Below are positions 13,719 to 26,298 of a stretch of 64,000 bases of DNA, one piece after another. The stretch is taken from contig NC_090349.1 of NCBI RefSeq assembly GCF_035084215.1, forward strand, positions 20,770,001 through 20,834,000, in the 5' to 3' direction. The DNA comes from Heptranchias perlo (Eukaryota). Within the stretch, counting starts at the first letter, position 1; every line of letters starts with the position of its first letter. The notes below the pieces were generated by a model. That model had not been told where the DNA came from. It saw only the letters and a program-made list of their open reading frames with translations, and did not search any database. A program made the position numbers and the translations under genes.

Positions 13719-14496
13719 TTCACTTGTTACTCCTTTCTCCTTCAAAATCCATTTTTGCATTGGCCCTTTAAATAGTGGGCTTTAAATTGCGTCATGTGGG
13801 TGCGCAGTATGCCTGCTGCGCAGCTTGGAGACGCGCAACCCGGAACTAGCATTAAGTGCCTTCAATGTGTTGCGATCGGACAATCCAAAACAATTTACTT
13901 CCGGGTTTCCCATGCGATTATTTACCCAGCCACTGAGTTCCTGCCTCCATGCTAAAATCATGCCCCTAGTGCCAGAATGTAGACTCAGCACCAACATGTC
14001 CGTTATTTTCCCGAGAAGACCTGTTAAGATTAAACCCTGCAAAAGACCCGCCCATTCCTGTTAAATAAGAATTAATCTTAGACAAACACTACCCTTATAA
14101 AAAATGTGATCCTTCATACTGTGCTTTGTGTGACCATTAAAAAGGTATTGAATAGGATATCTATTCTAACTCTATCCTTCTGAACCCTGCCAAATTGAAC
14201 ACTACTTTAATCTATGTGGTAAATTCCAACAGTTGATTTTCTGACTGCATTCTCTGTCACCTGTTCTGTAATATGTGCTGCCCTTTTGTGGAGAAAAACA
14301 ACTTAAATTTTCATTTCATCTTTAGGAATGCCGTTGTTGTTCTTTCCAAAGAGGAATTCTGCGGACGATGGTATCGTTATTACTGGTTTGTGTTCTGCAG
14401 TTGTAATTACGCAACTTTCTACAGGTGTTTGTCAAAAATCTAACAAAGACCTGAGTCCCTTTCAATGGCTCGATATGTAAAAGATCTGCACATTGC

Positions 14497-14745
14497 CTCT
14501 TGCCCATCTCTGATTTTAATCACTCCATCATTGGTGGCCATGCCTTCAGCTGCCTAGGCCCTAAGCTCTGGAATTCCCTCCCTATACCTCTCTGCATCTC
14601 TACTTCTCTCTCCTCCTTTAAAAAGCTCTTTAAAATCTACCTCTTTGACCAAGATTTTGGTCACCTATACGAATATCCCCTTATGTGGGTCGGTGTTAAA
14701 TTTTGTTTGAGAATGTTCCTGTGAAAGGCGCAAGTTGTTGTTGTT
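14497..14745 (+). mobile_element. L2 LINE 3' fragment
   Basis: Reads IGGHAFSCLGPKLWNSLP...FKIYLFDQ, with tail GCAAGTTGTTGTTG. Confidence 0.8.
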
Positions 14746-15160
14746 GTGATGCTCTGCCATGTAAATCAAGACGGTCTACAGTTCGATCCCTGTGCTGAGA
14801 TAGTGGATCTCAGCAGCGAGCACAATTGCCCTTACTGTCCTCAGGCTGGGGCTTGGTGTGGGGGTGGGGGGAAGCTCAGCTGGGCCTGAGGGTGAAGGAG
14901 GAGGGGTGTTGCAATCAAGCAATACCCCTCCTCCTCCACCCTTTATTTCTGATTGCTATCCAGTGACCTTTGAAGGAAAATGAACATGTATGTAAATTGG
15001 CTTGAGGTTAGGTTCAGCTTGAGCTGTGAACTTGTTCATATTCACTGTCTAGGCTCACATGTGAAGAGTAGCCACTCAGGTGCGGTAGTGGAGGAGATGC
15101 TTGTGCCTGTGGACCCAGTATGAGTGGGTGCCATCAGGAGAGGGAAGGAAATTGGAGGAG
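14746..15160 (+). mobile_element. tRNA-head SINE family B (AmnSINE2-like)
   Basis: B-box GTTCGATCC at 14781. Core segments CTGTGCTGAG..AG..GATCTCAGC, GCTATCCAGTGACC and CACTGTCTAGGCTCACA. Confidence 0.65.
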
Positions 15161-16374
15161 GGGAAATCTTATTTGTGGGAAAAAAAGGCCTGATTCACCT
15201 CAATATAACAGCACATGGTGCAGAACACTTTACAGAAGATTTATTTCAAAGCAAAGCATTCAACTGAATAAGAGAGTTCTCCTTTAAGAGAGTTCTGTTG
15301 TATTATGACAGAAGCACTAACAGGGCGCACCAAGTATATTTCCATAGAAGAGTATCGGAAAGCAATTTTCTCAGTTTATCTAGCTTGTCACATTAATACT
15401 ATACAGAAAGGTATATTATTTGCCTGTAACATGCAGAGAAATAAAACTCCAGACGATGGCAGTTTAAATCACGCAGTACATCAGCACATCAGTTCAAATC
15501 AGGTGATTGAACCATTGGTTGTCTACCGTTGCACTCACGGAATAAAAGGAAAAACCGGTTAAAAGGGAACAAAGCTGTTCCGCAAACTACACGTGATTAG
15601 AACATGTATATATTTGTTGTGTTCTTAAGGTATCTGCATTGAACACTTTCAGGACAGGTGTAGCATTGCCAGATGCAGAGTTAAGCTCACTGTAGTCTGT
15701 TCCAACAGTATGGGGCAGACTTTTGTCTCGCTACTATCCCATTTACACCTGTAAATAGGGCAATACTGAAGCAAAAATCAGAGGGGAAAATCACCGACCT
15801 ACCACTGGAGATCTGCCCCTTCCAATTTTTGGATGGATCTTGATTTGGGCGGCCAGCACTCCTGTCAGGTACAGGGCCATTATCAGGACCCCAATGTTAA
15901 TCAGCACTGCCAATGCTCCTTCCCTAACCCACCCACAAACCATGGGTGGTACAGGTCAAGAAAGGGCCATTACAGCACTCTTTAAAAGGATCCTTAGTTC
16001 AGTCAGGGAAAGTTGGAAGCAGGTCTAGTACTTATTTTTTCTTCAGTCTCTTGAGAGTTTTGAGCCTTAAAGACTTCCACAACTTCATCTCCTTGTTTCT
16101 TGCGTGTACTCCATTTGGTCACCAGTGCTTCCAACCCTCCCCTTTAAGATGCTGCTGCAGACCTATTATGAGCGTCTGCCCTGTCGGATTTCCCACCCTC
16201 ACGAACGGCAAGCTGCCTATAAGCAGCACGATTAGCGCTGGCAGTTCACCTGTTCTATTGAAATAAGGCCCAACCACCAACATCGATTGGGCCTCTCACC
16301 AACGTCCTCCAGCGGGTAGAGCAGTTGCCTTGCCCACCACCTGCCTGATGTGCTCCATATCAAACTTGACCCCC

Positions 16375-16795
16375 ATATCTTTTTCCCCCTCCTCTCATGA
16401 AGGCTACTTATGCTGGGGGTACAATTCCACAGGTTACCAGCAACCCTACAGTATCTCACACAAGAGACCATTGTTCACGGGAGCCTTAGCAGTGAGTTTC
16501 AGTCAGGTTATTTGATTATGGTGGCTATCACAGCCAAGCCGGACAGGGTTTTCATCCAAAATCCAGGCACGAGCAGTGTTTAGCAGTGGCCATTGGATAG
16601 CCAACAGGAGAGAGAACCATTGTTGATTCCAGCTCCCGGCCCCCATAGCCCAGAGGTACTGAGGTTAATGGTGGTGCCAGAACTATTGTCCCAGCTGAGA
16701 TCAGCTAATTCAGCATAGACCAGGAATAAAAGCTGGGATCTTGTGCTTTGTATGGCTTAGTGCTGTACTAGGTGGTGCCTTTAGCCATTTGAGGA
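16375..16795 (-). mobile_element. tRNA-head SINE family B (AmnSINE2-like)
   Basis: CCCAGCTGAGATCAGCTAATTCAGCATAGACCAGG is the reverse complement of the family core. Confidence 0.65.
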
Positions 16796-19130
16796 TTAGA
16801 AGGGTTCATGTATTTTAATCCCAAACTCACAAGAGAATCCATTGTGCACCAGTATGAATTTCTGCATTTCCTGCACCAGGCACCCCGTTTTGTCTCAGAT
16901 TGAGATTGCTAACTTGTAAGAGGTTCTCTGCTTTGAACCTCCATCCACAGGGAACTGAGTTGAATCTGTCTATATTCGTTTTTCAGAGGAACCTTCTAGC
17001 CATCACACCGAGTAAACTTTCATTTCATCATTCTGGGCTGGATTCAAACCCAGCTCAGAGACAATGTGCTAACCCCTGTGCCACTCAATTTCTGAACCTA
17101 CACCTCTACATATATTATAACGTGAAACACAGGTTAGAGAGTGCTTCAAGGACATAACTCATCTCGGGGATTCAGATGGCATTGAACTTCGCTTGTTCAG
17201 TTTATGATGTTTATGCAATTTATCATTCGAACCTGCTACCTTGCAACACAGTCTAGCCTTTCTGTCAGGCTATGCATTGTAGAAAATATCTGTTACATAT
17301 GTTGTTTGATAATGTACAATTTTAAAATACTATAGCACAGCCTTCCTAATAGGAGAGAATAAAAGCATAGGCTTTTTGGTGGTTTTGATGGATGGGGTAG
17401 TGCATTTAGTTGGAATCTTTTGGGGTTCATTAAACAGTTCATCTTTTTCTGTAAATGTTTTGGAAAATCAGTTCAAAACAACCATGCTTAAGCTTCTATA
17501 CATGGGAGAAGAAAACAAGCAGAGACACAGGGCCAGTGACAGCAAAAGATATTCAGAGATTTGTGAAGTATTTAAGCACAATTGCGCAGCAGAGAATGAT
17601 ATACAATGTATACGTTATAAATAGAGGTGATGGGAAAAGGGTCAATACATATGAGGTTAATGTCTATTTCGTAGGCTAGAGGTGGAAAATAAATAAAGCA
17701 AATATACTTGGAAATTCAGCCTTCTTCAGGTCTCACCCCCCTCCCCCCTCCCCTCATGCTCTGAGTGTTTAGTAAGATGAATTGAAATGACAAGTACACA
17801 CTGGCATGCCTGCCATCTTGATACATTGAGAGCTGTCAGTTGTTTTGCACTGAGCAATACAGATGAGATTCTGACCTCTGTTGAAAAGGTCAAGGACTGT
17901 TCAAGGGCAAGGCAGCCAGGACTGAAAACTCAGACATGCTGATTTATTATTTTTTGCTGAATGCTATCCTTTCATCTGTCTGCATTGACTTTGCCTCATT
18001 TTTTTTTTCCTCTTGTGATAAAAAAATTAATCCATGCATGCAAATTTGGGTCTTGTCTGTACTGTCAGAGAGGGTTACTGCTGTGGAGAGTAGTGACATC
18101 AGAGTCACTTTTAATCGGATCCTGTTCAGCCCTGGAATTCATAAATGCAGCACAGATGTAGTAAGCACTGGGCATGGAGATTATGAATATATATATATAT
18201 TTGTAATTGTTTTCCTAAAGGCACTTCCTAGGAAGACAAATTCTGTCAGTAGGATTAGGATTCCTTCTATTTCACTGTGAAAGCCATACGTACTTATGTA
18301 TATTATTTTAAAAGGGTGACAGTTATTTACATATTCAACTATTAACAGGGGTGGTGTGAAAGGTTTGATTTATATATGTATTGAAACATATCAGGCAAGA
18401 TTACAATGAACACCAATATTATAATTTCAATAAAAATATTCTTCATATTGGAATGAAGTGATAATTATCTGTTCAATGTGACATCGCTAAACTTGTTTGC
18501 ACAAGAGTGCCAGTGAAATCCCAACCTTTATTTCAGTTTTGAACCTGGATACAGCAGGAGGGCCTGAGGTGGTCATGAGTTATATGGTTGTTCATTCAGG
18601 ACATTAAAGTTTGGGTGTGTATGTCTGTAAGTATAGACAGAGGATAGATTTTTAGAACCGACTCCGACCTTAGAACTATTATTCGTTTGCTCCTTTCCAC
18701 CCTCACCCCCCCCACAAATAGATGCAAAGTGTATACTGTACTTCTCTCTGCCACTAAATGTGTTTTTCTTTTCAGAAGGACAATAACATATTACTTTAGA
18801 TTGTACTGCTAATGGCAGATAGCACCATGTGCATCTCATATGCTAGAGCAATGAGACTGGCTAATAAGGCACTCCAAGCCTAAGTGGCAGTATTTTATTT
18901 CTGAAGTTTCCAGCTGTACAAACCAATAGGCCAAGTTTATAGATATACCCAGAATGCTGTTTATAGATATATCCATAATGCTGCTTCACAAAGATCATTA
19001 ATTTTTAATGATCTCCTACAGTATTGCACATGGGGAGTCAAGACCAAGTGTCATCTTCAGGTGAAGTGGGGTTAAAGAGCAAGAGACACTTGGACCAGAG
19101 CGTGCAGACATATTTTGTCCCCATCTTCGA

Positions 19131-19348
19131 GTTATACATTCTGTCCACATTTTTATAATTTCCATTATAAATTCCAAGTTCACATTTATAACGGAAACTG
19201 CCTATGTAAACTTGTCGTGCTGTTTCTCTTTCACCAATGGTGGCGCCGCCACTGGCGGAAGGGTGTAATTACAGCGTGACAAGTTTACATTGTAAATTGA
19301 AATTTATAATGAAAAAAGTTAACAGAAACTTTACACGAATGTAAAATT
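19131..19348. repeat. ~220-bp imperfect palindrome (foldback or MITE-like)
   Basis: Centred on GGCGCC at 19242-19247. Arms include ATGTAAACTTGTCGTGCTGT / ACAGCGTGACAAGTTTACAT and TTCCATTATAAATTCCAA / TTGAAATTTATAATGAAA. Confidence 0.8.
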
Positions 19349-20461
19349 TTTGATATAATATAGATATATTCATTTATAATAAAGCACCAAACTGTGTATT
19401 TTCCCTAGGGGTACCATAATTGTGAGAAACGTGTTTGACAAACCTTTTTATTGGGGGGAGGGAGACTGAAGAACCTTATGTTATGTTCATCCCAAAGACA
19501 TCACACACAAATGATGCAGTAGTGCTTGGTGCCATCAATGTCACTGCATTACATGCTTCCAAACAATCAAAAATGTTTTGCAAGCACTTTATGAAAGTGG
19601 TGCCTTTTTAATATTACTGGTATCAACAAGCTACCTATTATCCCAAATCATCACCTATTTGTCACTGGGCGCTTTCATAGACTGAATTTTTGAATGACAA
19701 TAATGAATGTACAATGTACCCAAAACAGTTTTTCTTGATCAAAAGTTAGGAGGTCAGGAGGAATCCATTTAATCACTCGCACTAGGTGTAACCATCCCTC
19801 CTCAGTCTTCAGGCTCAAAGCAATGTATTTAACCTCCTTCCCCCGAAACTATTCTCCACAATATTGTGGAAATATTGGGAAATGGTATGAAATAACGAGA
19901 AGATTGAAATATTGGCCATCAAAATCTGAATATTGGTCAACAGATTAAACATGATTGACATTTTAATATTCGTGTATATTCACACAATTATTTCAATTTG
20001 AAATCTCAATTTTCCAATTTCCTGTTCATTTCAATCTTAACTCATGTTCTTAAACTGCAGCAGGCTTAACACAGACAGGGAATCTGTGACAAGGATCATG
20101 GCTTTATTACAGTTAAACCAGGCTTTCAGTAATAGCCCTGACTTTTATGGAACTAAAAGTAATCTTTCTTCCCCTTGCTTGCCTTTTTCACTAATATGCT
20201 TCTTACTTCATGTCATTTTTATTGCACTTTCTTTTTCCCTTTCTTTTTCTCTAGTTTTGCAACCTTCCTCATTCTGCTTTTACTTCAACTTTTATTTCCT
20301 TTATTTCTACAGTGGTAATAGAAAGACAAAAATATTGGAGCTGGACACAACAAACAGAAAGTTTAAAAGGAAATCAGCTATCGCTCATTAGATTAAACCG
20401 ATAACATATCACCTAGAGCAGCCCATGCTGCAATCACAGGAACAGCATTTAAAGAGACGGT

Positions 20462-21318
20462 GGGGTCAATTTTCAAAGGGTGGCGAGACGGCAGCCGGGG
20501 TGGGGGGCAGGGGGTGATTTGCGGACGTCAAACCCGGAAGGCAAGTAGGCTGGTTGCGATCCGATCGCAACCCTAATGAGGCCAATTGAAGCCTTTTCCG
20601 GGTTTCGCGCCCGGCAGCCAGCCTGATTGACAGGCTGGCTGCCGGCAGGATTTGCAACGCCAAGGGTGGTGAGGGTGGAGAAAGAGAGAGAGAGACCTCG
20701 TCAGCCGTTGCAAGAGAGAGTGGGGGGGGTGGAGGTGGAGATACAAAGATCGGAGAGGGAGACAAAGATCGGGGTGGGGGGAGACATCGGACAACGTGGG
20801 AGGGGGAGACCTCGGAGAGATATTGGGGGGGAGACCTCAAAGAGATATCGGAGGGGGAAGACCTCGGAGAGACATCGGACATCGGAGCAGAAGGGTGCAG
20901 GTGACGTCGTTTGAAAGGTAGGTTTATTTATTTTTTTACATTGTGAAATGAAATAAATTATTTGATTTATTTACTTTATTTTTGCCTGATCCGGAGCCCT
21001 TCGCTCCTGGTTTCACCAGGCATGAATCGGAAGCCGTGGGAAAGCTGCCCAGGTAAGTTGAAAATCGCTTTAAGTGGCCAATATGTAAGAAATAAAGTAC
21101 CTCAATGAGGTACATTTGCTTATTTAAATATCGTCCCACCGGTATTAATTGCCAGCAGGACTTCCGGGTTCGGGAACGACGCGCGCACCCAGATGCGTCT
21201 ATGTGAAACACGGAAGTTGGCTGGTTGGAGCCGAGATTCATCCCCACTCCGGATTTTTGCGATTTTCTTTGCCCCCCCGCCCCCATCGCACCTGGACTTG
21301 CATTTAAAAATTGAGCCC
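20462..21318. mobile_element. Non-autonomous Harbinger derivative (MITE) with an internal G-rich repeat
   Basis: TIRs GGGGTCAATTTTCAAA and GGGCTCAATTTTTAAA, with flanks GGT and AGT. The right ~200 bp align with 36650-36842, and the left end shares motifs with the reverse complement of 13800-13965. Confidence 0.85.
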
Positions 21319-21510
21319 AGTGTCACAATTTATTTTCCTACTTACTCAGATTTTTAAAAAATTCGTATCTATCAAAACACGACTTTTAAGAATAAATTGA
21401 ATCATCTTCTTCTTGTTTCTTCTAATATTAGTTTTCAACGTTGTAAGAGCAATTTTTCACAAACAAAATCACATCTGACAATATTAAGACAAATCCATCT
21501 TCTTTTATAA

Positions 21511-21697
21511 GGTGTCTGCTTGGTTCTGTTGGTAGCACTTCTGTCTCTCAGTCAGAAGCCAATGGGTTTAATCCCCATACTAGAAGTGAGCTCATAGTCT
21601 AGGCGGACACACCAGTTCAGTATAGAAGGAGTGCTTCTTTGTCAGCGTGAGCCATTAAACTGAGGCCAGGCGGATGTTAAAGATGCCACAGCACTAT
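21511..21697 (+). mobile_element. Deu-SINE 5' portion
   Basis: tRNA-like head TTGGTAGCACTTCTGTCTCTCAGTCAGAAG, followed by a degraded Deu domain. Confidence 0.7.
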
Positions 21698-21829
21698 GTC
21701 TAGGTTGAGTTTGTCAATATACCAGAGTTGTATACAAACAAGTACATTCTACAAGTTGAGGAAAATCATTGTATTAATGAGGAAGCCAGACACAATTCCG
21801 TTTGTTTTAGATCCTCACTCCAATATTGT

Positions 21830-22090
21830 CCCCTCATTTTCTGAAGCCATTGATGTTTGCTGAGGAATGGTTCCATGGGGGCCCTCCATGCCCATATGGT
21901 TATTCATCCAGTGTGAAAGTGAGCATCAGCAAGCTACTCAACCATGGAAGCAACACAGCCAAGTTCAGTCGTGTCTTCCCCTTACATCCAGCTATATGTA
22001 TTTTCCACAGGGCTGATTATTTATCAGGACCAGGAACCGAGGTTTATATTCCCTCACTTTAACTTAGGGCCTGAGTCTAATTGTAACATC
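21830..22090 (-). mobile_element. SINE family B fragment
   Basis: Degraded homology to 42850-43150. Confidence 0.45.
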
Positions 22091-22689
22091 CCATATTTTT
22101 GTGTTTAAAAAATCGAACTGTTTTACATGAAGTTGGGAATAGGTAATAGATGACATTGTCTTGTGAGGGTTCCCAAAGGAGCACAGGGAGTGTCTTTGTG
22201 TGAATAACACGCTGCAACCATCAGCTCAACTTCAAATAAGAGCCTCAAAGAAGAGGCCAACAAATTTTTAAACTCTTAATTAATTATGCTGGGTAATCAG
22301 GTTAAAATATAAATGGAACTGACATCAAGTTTTCCCTCTCAATGTGCACGCTACAAAAATATTGCTGACAGGCGTTTCCTTCAAAGATATAGTAAAATAC
22401 TCATACATTTTCTGAGTTTTGTGCAGATAGTCAGTGTTTTGAGGGCAGTGTAGGCTTATCTTCATTTACAAACAAAATTCAGTGCTAATCCCGACTCCAA
22501 TGCTCACCCCCTGCCCTGGCTCCAACCTTCAGCACAACTCCTGGCTCCTACCTGCTGTACCTGCTGTTCTGGGGGGAGGGGGCGGTGGTGAAACTCTATT
22601 ATGGATGGGAATTCTTATGATCACTTTCCAAGATCATAATAAAGTTCCATCACCTGGAGCAGCAGCAGTATCAGTTAGAAGCTGGGAGT

Positions 22690-23250
22690 AGTGGTAAGGT
22701 GGTGGGGGTTGGCGGGGAGAAGGGTGCCAACATGAACTGTTAAGACTAAGAGTGTGAGCGTATAAACTAGAAAAGGGGTGAAGGAAAAGTGACAGTGTGG
22801 ACTGGAGGGGAGAGAGGAAGGAGAATACCAGCATGATATCAGGGGTGGGAGGAAGCAGAATAGTTGGGGGGGCTGGTGGTTGGGGAGGAGAAGGCCGGCT
22901 TGAACTGTGATACTGGCTTAAATAAAGGGGTACAAAAGAGTGCACAAATGTGAACTGAGGGGAAGGGGGAGATGAGTCCCAGCATAAACTGGGGGTATGG
23001 GGAGAAGAGTGCCAGTGTGAATTAAGGTGGAAGAAGGGGGTGAGAACAGTGCCAGAATTCACAGGGGATGGGTGGGAGAAGAATTCCATTTGTGAACAGG
23101 AAGAAGGAAGAGTACCCAGCATGAATTGAGGAGGAGAGTGGAGGGAATGTCAACATGAAATGGGATTGGATGTGCAAGAAGTGTGTTAACTTGAACTGGG
23201 GCAGGCGGGGGTGAGGACTGCAGGAGTGATCTGTGGGGCGGGGGGGGGGG
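22690..23250. repeat. Purine-rich (GA) low-complexity tract
   Basis: Strong G/A skew on the + strand. Confidence 0.6.
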
Positions 23251-23639
23251 AAAGTTCCACACAATTCAATAAAGTGATAAACAAATTATCAGCAGAAAAA
23301 AACTTCAGCTATCACAATAAAGGTTTTGAAATAAAAATCTCAAGAAGGGTTGGCACTGTCTAATCTGCATATATATTACTTATTCCAGTTCAAACAGGTA
23401 CTGGAGTGGCAGCCAGTGACACAGAATATCTCTTGTTGACTACAAATGGAAGAAAGGGAGATCAACCTTAAATCACTAATTTTCATCAAACTGAAATCAC
23501 TAATTTACATCATTCTGCCCACCAGAATCTCAAACTATTATTTCAATTATGATTATTATTTTCTGTTAATCTAAACGTATTAGGTTAGACAGACCTCCCT
23601 TTCCTCTAAGTGGATTTCCTCATCTGTACTTACTTTTGT

Positions 23640-24045
23640 GAAATATCTGTACATTTCCCACACCCCGATTTACTCCCCTCCTTGCCTGAAGATGCTGAGT
23701 AATACTTTGTTACAGTTCCACAGGCAGCAGTAGCCCTCCATTACCTCACCCAAAAAGGTCATTCTGTATGTGAGCTCGGAGATTAAATGTGGGCAGATTC
23801 TTTTACTTAATATAGCTGAGCCCAAACTTATTCTAACTTGACATCCACACACTCACTCTTTTCACTAGGAGTCACTCAATAGCAATTATGAGAGGGCACC
23901 CTGGTTGATTTTGTTTTCCATTTGCTAACCTAAGGGCACCAAGGCCAATTGTACAGCTTCAAATGTAGCTCCAGCTAAGATAAGCAATTCAGCACAAACC
24001 AAAGACTGAACATGGGACCTTTTTTTAATGGTTTAGTGCTACCCA
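23640..24045 (-). mobile_element. tRNA-head SINE family B (AmnSINE2-like)
   Basis: Contains AGGGCACCAAGGCCAATTGTA...CCAGCTAAGATAAGCAATTCAGCACAAACC. Confidence 0.6.
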
Positions 24046-24057
24046 CTTAATTATTGG

Positions 24058-26298
24058 AGAAAGAAAGAACTTGCATTTATATAGCACCTTTCATGTCCTC
24101 ATGGTGTCCCAAACCGCTTCACATCCAATGAAGTGCTTTTGAAGTGTAGTCACTGTTGTAATATAGGAAACACGGCAACCAATTTGCACACAGCAAGGTC
24201 CCACAAACAGCAACGTGATCATGACCAGATAATCTGTTTTAGTGATGTTGATCGAGGGATAAATATTGGCTTTGATACCGGGGAGAATTCCCCTACTCTT
24301 CTTCGAAATAGTGCCATGGGATCTTTAACGTCCACCTGAGAGGGCGCACGGGGCCTCGATTTAACTCCTCATCCGAAAGACTTTTTTAAAATTTCAAAAT
24401 ATACTTTATTTCTTAAAATTTAAAGATACACACAGTTCAATGTAAAAAAAACAAAATTCCAAGCAATACAGTTCAGACCAATACAATGCAGATCGTACAC
24501 ATTATGATCCCATTATTACAATTCAAAACACAGTACATATCTCCGAATACATTCTGTACAATACAAGGTGGGATGGCCTTACACGGTGGCCTTTCCCCAT
24601 AGAGCCTTTGCGTAGGCCACACCTTACTTTAGTGTGTCCCGCAGCATGTATTCCTGGAGCTTGGAGTGTGCCAGTTGGCAACACTTGGTCATGGACAGCT
24701 TCTTCAGCTGGAAGACCAGCAGGTTTCGAGCGGACCAAAGGGCCTCCTTCACTGAGTTGATGGTCTTCCAGCAGCGGTTGCGTTCTGGGAAACAGCCCAT
24801 ACAGCACAGCGTCCTGTGTTACTGAACTATTGGAGATGAACCGGGACAGATACCAATGCATCTCTCTCCAGACCTTCTTCCCAAAGGGGCAGTCCATCAG
24901 CAGGTGGACGACGGTCTCATCCCTGCCGCAGCCTCGAGGGCAGCTCTCGGTGGCGCTGAGATTCCATGCGTGTTGGAAGAACCACACTGGAAGGGCTCTT
25001 CTCACCACCATCCAAGCCACATCCTGGTGCATTTTGGTCAGTTCCGGAGACGAGACGTTCTGCAAAATGGCATCGACCGTCTGGTCGGGGAACTGCCCGA
25101 TCGGATCCACCCTCTCCTTTCCCTGCAAGATTCCCAGAACGTTCCGTGCCGACCACTGTCCTATGGCCTTGTGGTCGAAGGTGTTCCTCTTCAGGAACTT
25201 CTCCACCTGAAACAGGTGGTGGGGTACGGTCTAGCTGGACGAGATGTCCTGCATCTGTGTGGCCAGACTGAGTCTTCTCAGTGTGGTGAACAGGTAGAAA
25301 CTCAGCACATAGTGACACTTGGTGTTTGCATAATGGGCCTCTACATACATCCTAGGACAGCCACACACAAAGGTGGCCATCAGGATCAGAGCAGCATTGG
25401 GTCGCCCTACCCCCTTTTGCCTGGGGGCTTGAACATGGTGTCCCTCCGGACGTGGAAGATAAGTCGGGTGACTGTGATGGTGGAACGGCGGGGAATGGCC
25501 CAGACCTTGGCCATGTAGAGCAACACCGTGAGTACCTCACACCTTATCACCATGGTCCTGCCGGTTATGGAGAGGGAACGCCCCACCCACACATACCAAG
25601 CTACTGTTTGATCTTGGCGACCCGTTCCTCCAAGTTCTTGGTGCAGGCCTGGGCCCCCCCGAACCCGATCCCCGCACCTTCAGGTAGTCGGACCTGATGG
25701 TGAAGGGGACAAAGGATCAGGTCCCGCCAAAGAACATGGCCTCGCTCTTACTACGGTTCACTCTGGTCCCCGAGGCCTGCTCGAACTGGTCACAGATGGC
25801 CATAAGTCTGTGGACCGACCGCTGATCAGAGCAAAAGACGGTGACATCGTCCATGAACAGGGAGGCCTTAACCTGAGGGCCTCCGCTGCCTGGGATTGTC
25901 ACCAACCCCCCCCACCCCCCAACCAAGATACCTGCGTCTTTCCTGATGGACACGGCAATCAGCTCAATACAACTTATGAAGAAGACCGCAGAGAGACGAC
26001 AGCCCTGCCTGACTCCAGATCTGATCGGAAAGCTCTCCGACTCCCACCCATTGATTAGGACTGCACTACAGATGTCCGCGTAGGGCAGTCGGATCCAATC
26101 ACGGATTCCCTCCCCAAACTCCATTTTGGAGAGCACGTCCATCGTGTACGTTTGGGATATTCTGTCGAAGGCCTTCTCCTAGTCCAAGCTGATGAGGCAG
26201 GTGTTCACCCCCTGTCCTACATGTAGGCGATCGTATCCCTGAGCAATCCGAAAGACGGCACCTCCAACAGTGCAGGACTCAGTACTGAACTGGAGTGT
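24058..26298 (-). mobile_element. Deu-domain SINE split by a Tx1 insertion (parts 24058-24381 and 26246-26298)
   Basis: The SINE sequence is continuous across the insertion when compared with the copy at 2030-2180. Confidence 0.85.
24382..26245 (-). mobile_element. 5'-truncated Tx1-clade (L1 group) non-LTR retrotransposon
   Basis: RT motifs EKAFDRI, SGVRQGC.LS and LFMDD, plus a C-terminal zinc-knuckle region CPRGCGRDETVVHLLMDC. AATAAA lies at 24410-24405 with a short A tail. An 11-bp TSD ATCCGAAAGAC is at 24371-24381 and 26246-26256. The ORF is frameshifted. Confidence 0.9.

Larger units (their letters stand above)
10272..13965. mobile_element. PIF/Harbinger DNA transposon 1 (two-gene, inactivated)
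   Basis: Imperfect TIRs GGGGTAATTTTAAC and GGGCATGATTTTAGC, with a 3-bp TSD (CTA, or TAG in the alternative register). It carries convergent transposase and Myb-like genes. Confidence 0.9.

Noticed and set aside
15713-16270. Further MITE with GGGGCAGACTTTT ... AAATAAGGCCC ends (similar start at about 52757)
   Set aside because: The TIR match is too weak and there is no convincing TSD, so boundaries cannot be supported.
22634-23264. Pro/Ser/Leu-rich minus-strand ORFs
   Set aside because: This is a low-complexity purine tract with no recognisable domain or splice structure.
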